From the NCBI GenBank assembly GCA_965649825.1, contig OZ287696.1, forward strand, positions 1,209,981 through 1,273,980: DNA of 64,000 nucleotides, given 5' to 3'. A program made the position numbers and the translations under genes. The notes under the pieces are model-generated. The model saw nothing but the letters and a program-made list of their open reading frames with translations, made no database searches and was not told the origin of the DNA. Origin of the DNA: Penicillus capitatus. Taxonomy: Eukaryota > Plantae > Chlorophyta. Positions 59,154-64,000 of the stretch are shown here, in pieces (the first letter of the stretch is position 1; each line of letters starts with the position of its first letter).

Positions 59154-62100
59154 ATGAACTTTATTAACAACGGAATGGAAGCTGCTTGCGTTCGAGAAAC
59201 GTTGTTTATCGATTTCGACGCGCCGACAGCGATTGCTTGGTCCGCGAATGGAAATCTGATCGCCGTCGCCTTTCCGCACCGGGACCAGACAACCGCACGT
59301 GTCATTCTCCTGGAACCCGACGTTCTGCATGTATTGTCCCGGCGGTACAGGAGACACCGCCTTTAACGACGCCGTCTTCTGCAGGAACACACGGTGCTCG
59401 AAGTCCCCCTTCAATCTCCTTCCGACTTCGTCGCCTTCCTGAGCTTCTCTCCTCCACACGCATCTCTGACGCTCATAACGGCGACCAAACAGGGGAAGAT
59501 ACTGTTGTGGACACCACGTCAGAATTCCCATACCTACCAGCCTGTCGCACTCAATACCTGGGCTGCTGAGCATGTGATGCTTCTGAGGGTGAGAGCAGAG
59601 ATGTTGATCGATCTGTACGTTACATTAGGTGACAATCGAGACTGGAGAGTTGCTCTTCTGTCGGTTTCTCTCGCCGCCGTCGTCTTTCCAATGGCCACCA
59701 AAAGATCCTCAATACAAACCTGTTGCGCAAGGGGCACCTCTCGAACAGCGTTTCTGTTCAATGGAACATATCGTGATAGACGATCCGGCCTGGCTTAGGG
59801 TCGGCATTCTTCATTTCCTGACCCTGGATAGATCTGGTGCGATGCATGTGCGATGCTTGATGGTTATCTGTATCTTCAGCGTCTCACTCTTGCTTCTCAG
59901 GTGCATCAGAGCGCGTTGGATAAATGGATCGTAACGCAGGGACAGAGTGTGGGCGACGTCCTTCCAGGAGAGCTACGGTGTGCGGACGTCATCGGCGGAC
60001 GTGGCTCTTTCCTCACGATGGCCGTCGTTACGGAATCCAATCCGTTCATTGCTGTGCTTTTGGAGATTCGTGGACATCCGAATGGCGCAGATCAGCTTGA
60101 GACGCCTTCTTTCTCGGTGAGATCCTTCGGAGAGCATCGCGAATCCCACGAACAGCCTTTGTGTGTTCGTATCTCAAGATGGAGATGCTGGCTATGGTGC
60201 GGCCATCGATCGAGCATCCCATCTGCGACGTGCAGTTCCGTCCTGCATCACTGGGCGATGGACTGGTCATTCTACAGAGAAGTTCCGATCGGGTTGGCGT
60301 CTCGAAGCACACGGCCGTCTCACACGATCCCGTTGGCTATACAGGTAGACAATGCATCCGTCAATGGCTGCGCCTGCAATTCTGTTGATTGTAGAAGCCA
60401 AAAGACTGATTCTGAATCTCGACAGCATCGATTCTGCGAACGTCGAGAAGATTTCGATGGTTCTGTCCACGGATAACACCTGTGTTGGGCTGTGGGTGCC
60501 GGGGACAGCGCTATCGCTCATTTCGTTGCACTCAATGTCGATCACAGATCGACTCGATCGGGGAAACGCATCCTCCTGTCTTGCGGGTGTTTTCAGTCCA
60601 AACGGCGTCTGCTTTGCCGGAGTCTTTCAAGCAGAAGGACGGCTGTCCCTGGAGATTTGGAGCCTGCCCGAGGCATCCATCGGTTCAAATGGCGTTTTCG
60701 AGAATCTGAAATCATTCTGTCTGTGGGACTGCATGCGTGCCGTCTGGGCACTCCTCACACATGCCGATCCATGGGATATCAGCCAACGTATCCAGAGGCA
60801 TGCCCAGGCACTTCCGGAATCTCTGGCATACTTTTCTCTCTTCTACTTGGACGGGATGCTTCACCGCCATCCACACTTCAGTCGTCCCCAGTACGCAGAT
60901 CTGCTCGACAGAATCAAGATTCGAGTCTTTCTCGAGAGTCGAGATCCAACGATTCGAGTCGAACGTCCCTATTGGTAGATGCGCTCGAGGTGCTGCTCTT
61001 CTGCAGGTCGTGCTGATGGACTTATATTCAAGGCGCATGATTTTTAATCTCTATCACGCCTTCGCCTCCGCATTGCTGTCCAACTCTCAGGCAGCGCACA
61101 TCAAAATCTCTTTGGAAGAATGGACAGAGGGAGACAAAGAGAGCTGCAGGAGGTGGATGCACTGGATCGAGGAATTCTTTCGGCTTCTTTGCACAGTGAG
61201 GCTTGCCTTTCTTCCGGCACAAGATAGGGATACCGTTTGGCGCATAGTGTGTCAAGACATGGTGTGTCCGAAACGTCAATGCTGCCGAGAAGACAGCAGA
61301 TGACGTTCCTTTCGTTCGTCTCCTCTGCGATTCGCATTTCATAAAGCGTCTCTGCACACTCCTGTACTGTTTTTGCGAATTCTCAAAACTGAGTCTGTCG
61401 TCATCGCAGTCCAATGGTCTGCTCCCTCTTCGAGATCTGGATGTCAATGGACGTCTATTTGTCTGTCTTAGAAAAGCACAAGTTCTTCAAGGATACCTGT
61501 TGCGATACCGTCAGCCAGATTCACCTTGTTGTGAAGAAGGCCAACAAACACGGGAGCATCAAGGATCAAGAATCGTGTGAAGGCGTTGAAGCTTTTAGGG
61601 ACTTGGTCAGTCAGACCAGGAAGACATGTGGAGGACCTGTTCATCTGCACTATGCTCGACTGGATGGGCCCATCACAGAGGAGGTCAACGAACAGTAGAT
61701 TCGCAATCGATGATGCAGAACTGTGCAGGTCCTCCGAACGCTTCATCATCAAATCCCGATGATTCGTGAATCGACGCCATGGGATCAGACGGCGATCGAG
61801 ACGAAGGCCAGAGAATTGGGACTTCTGCCGGATCGAGCCTTGAAGGGACTGCTCTTGATGAAAGAGAAGGAAAAACGACATCCGTTCCAAATGTCGCCAA
61901 AACGCTACATACCGTACAGCGAGCGACATGAGCATCTCTGCACCGCATCCATGTGTTTGTTTGTAGTAAGCGATTGCCTCTTTTCGATTGCATGAAGGGG
62001 AAGCCATTTACTGAGAACCAGCACATTTTCTACGCAGGAGATCAGTCTTGCATCGCCGGCTTTGGCACTGTCATCAAGGTATCAGATGCAGTTGACATGC

Positions 62101-62252
62101 GCAGCGTTTCAAGTCGGTATTGGATACAGGAGGACAACCCGGAAACAAGTCGATTGGATCTGACACTCCTTAAACAGTGCACCGCACGTTCTCCTTTCAC
62201 TGGATGCATGTGGAAAAAGCTGCATGCGTTCGACGACCCTGATCGAATGTAG
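59154..62252 (+). CDS. MED16: Mediator subunit 16 (MED16/SFR6-like)
   Basis: VLEVPLQSPSDFVAFLSFSPP..TLITATKQGKILLWT..TWAAEH (cf. SFR6 DSPRDSVQFIEWSP..HGRITIWT..SWQCEH), LDRIKIRVFLE (cf. LDRIKCRLLE) and C-terminal SPFTGCMWKKL. Confidence 0.75.
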
Positions 62253-63276
62253 TCGATTGGATCGGTGTTCGAGCAAAGACAATGCATCTCTAGCGTTTTC
62301 TGTTCGTATTCTTTTGGCCACTGAGCGATGGACCACTCAGAGAAATCGTGCGAAGTCCTCGTTCTATCAATCTGCGAAAAAGAAAGAGGATTCAAAGATG
62401 ATGTGTTCGATGGAAATGTGTAGAATGGTCTGCTTTCACGGAACAGCTTTTAGAGTGTCAGAGGTTATGTGCTGAATGCGTCACCATTCGTTTCAAGTGT
62501 CGTGATTGCTCGGCAATGAAAAGGACTTGTTCCGTCCGTGTCCTTTTCTACTTACCATCTGCAACTCAGAACACAGTTGCGCTTTTCATAAAGGGCAGCT
62601 CGATGTTGCTGCTCTGACTTTTCAAAAGTTGATGAGTATTTGCCGCATCCTCTTAGAATCATTTGAGCGTCGGAGTGTGCTCTACTTTCAAAAAGTTTCA
62701 TCGATCGAGACACAAAGCGCGGTGTCGACTCGAAGCCTCCTCTTTCACAACGTCGATCGGTCATCGAAACAGATAGACACCTCTGATCGCATCGCATCGC
62801 TTGTTGTTTTGCGATCTTGTATCGACATTCGCTCGAGGATTGGGCGCTTTCGATCGCATTGTAATTCTGAAGAAAATGCTCCGTCCGGCACAGAAGGTCG
62901 CCAATCGAAGTCATCTCCCGACGTCAAGATGAAATGCGCGCATCACAATGCAACAGTTGTGGCGTCCTTCTCTTCACACGATGTCTGTGGTGTCATAGCG
63001 AGGACGACAGAAAGCCGTCAACATCATCCCACTGTGCACGGGATGCTTCATCTTGGCCAACAGGCGCTGCATGGATGTATCATGCATGGTCATGTGTGTT
63101 GAGTGAGATACAGGATCTCAGACACGTCGATCACGATGGGGGTGCTATCATCGTACGAGATGCCGTTATTGCGTGCCACGTCGATGATTGCTCTGCGAAC
63201 GCCCTTCGTCCGAACGCGAATCGACGCGGTTTCGCGTCGAGGAATCGCAGGGTACATCGTCTACTGAGACTGTAGA

Positions 63277-63442
63277 ATTGCCACAAATGAGGTGGCCTAA
63301 AAAGCTTAACAGGTGTCTGTACGGTTGACAAAAAGGAGTTGACCCAAACAGTTTAACAGGTGTCTGTACAGTTGACAAAAAGGAGTTGACCCAAACAGTT
63401 TAACAGGTGTCTGTACAATTGCCATGAAAAAATGGCCTAAAC
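63277..63442 (+). repeat. 47-bp tandem repeat (~3.5 copies), element copy B
   Basis: taacaggtgtctgtac at 63307, 63354 and 63401 (period 47). Confidence 0.95.
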
Positions 63443-63509
63443 AAGAATCAATCGCTCTATTAAACCCAGAATGTACCACAACAACTAGAACGTATACGAT
63501 CAGCTCGAT

Positions 63510-64000
63510 AATAGGCTGTCTGCTGCGTGATGTCAGATTATAGGCTGCTGGAGGCTTCAGTATTGGCTGCCCGCTGCTGGAGGCTTGGTTTTATGCTGCC
63601 CGCTGCTGGAGGCTTCATTATATGCTGCCCGGCTGCTGGAGGCTTGATTTCATGCTGTCTGCTGGAGGCTTCATTATATGCTGCCCGCTGCTGGAGGCTT
63701 GATTTCATGCTGTCTGCTGGAGGCTTCATTATATGCTGCCCGCTGCTGGAGGCTTCATTATATGCTGCCCGCTGCTGGAGGCTTCATTATATGCTGCCCG
63801 CTGCTGGAGGCTTCATTATATGCTGCCCGCTGCTGGAGGCTTGATTTCATGCTGTCTGCTGGAGGCTTGATTATATGATGTCTGCTGCTAGAGAATTGAT
63901 TATATGCTGCCCGCTGCTGGAGGCTTAGACAAAAGGCTTCTGGAGCCTTCATCAAAGGCTGTCGTCTCAATCGTAGGCTGTCGGATGTAGAATCTCAGGC
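63510..64000 (+). repeat. 29-bp minisatellite (gctgctggaggcttcattatatgctgccc) with shorter variant units, element copy B; runs off the window
   Basis: Near-perfect 29-nt period at ~63740-63840, with the same core as the 44.6-46.1 kb satellite. Confidence 0.95.

Noticed and set aside
62506-63102. 198-aa plus-strand ORF and 62552-62914 minus-strand ORF
   Set aside because: No family similarity and no consistent splice model.
63221-63240. Helitron 3' terminus
   Set aside because: The hairpin is present, but there is no CTRR at the expected distance in either copy and no Rep/Hel ORF; kept only as a loose possibility.
63527-63970. Repetitive ORFs (LLEASLYAARCW / MKPPAAG) as real proteins
   Set aside because: By-products of a 29-bp satellite; the frames shift every unit.
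1-64000. TAA/TAG=Gln code as in some ulvophytes
   Set aside because: Conserved exons contain no in-frame TAA/TAG, and PIG-A, TEX10, CEP104 and EamA end in TAG/TAA.
1-64000. tRNA, rRNA or snRNA genes
   Set aside because: No cloverleaf/T-loop or rRNA signature was recognised by eye; tRNAscan/Infernal were not run.

Overview
Eukaryotic nuclear DNA from a very compact, intron-rich genome, most likely a chlorophyte green alga. This is inferred from a Chlamydomonas-type GPAT9 C-terminus (WDGYLKYYNLG), algal-type NDUFB2, plant-type MED16/SFR6, PAF1 and DUO3/GON4L, plus the ciliary gene CEP104. The genetic code is standard and introns are about 40-65 nt. About 25 spliced genes were reconstructed by eye: TRM13, ML-domain protein, organellar SSB-HTH fusion, PAF1, PIG-A, GPAT9, GON4L/DUO3-like, NDUFB2, RabC-like GTPase, RavA-type AAA+, TEX10/IPI1, inositol transporter, CWC22, EamA transporter, Aurora kinase, GLE1, RlmN, CEP104, MED16 and others. 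The most striking item is a predicted single-transcript fusion of a PDE12-family 2',5'-phosphodiesterase/deadenylase to a YrdC/TsaC (t6A) synthase, lying 44 nt downstream of a PPR gene. This block is duplicated about 52 kb apart (window start vs 52.4-56.1 kb). The complete copy carries an in-frame TGA and a frameshifted targeting-peptide start. Other points of interest: SSB fused to a YpbB/RecQ-type HTH, CEP104 with KLC-type TPRs in place of zinc fingers, frequent GC-AG introns, divergent start codons only 23-70 nt apart, and a repeated element family (47-bp tandem repeat plus satellite) with a hairpin array. All exon-intron structures and homologies come from manual reading and recalled family motifs; no database search was run.
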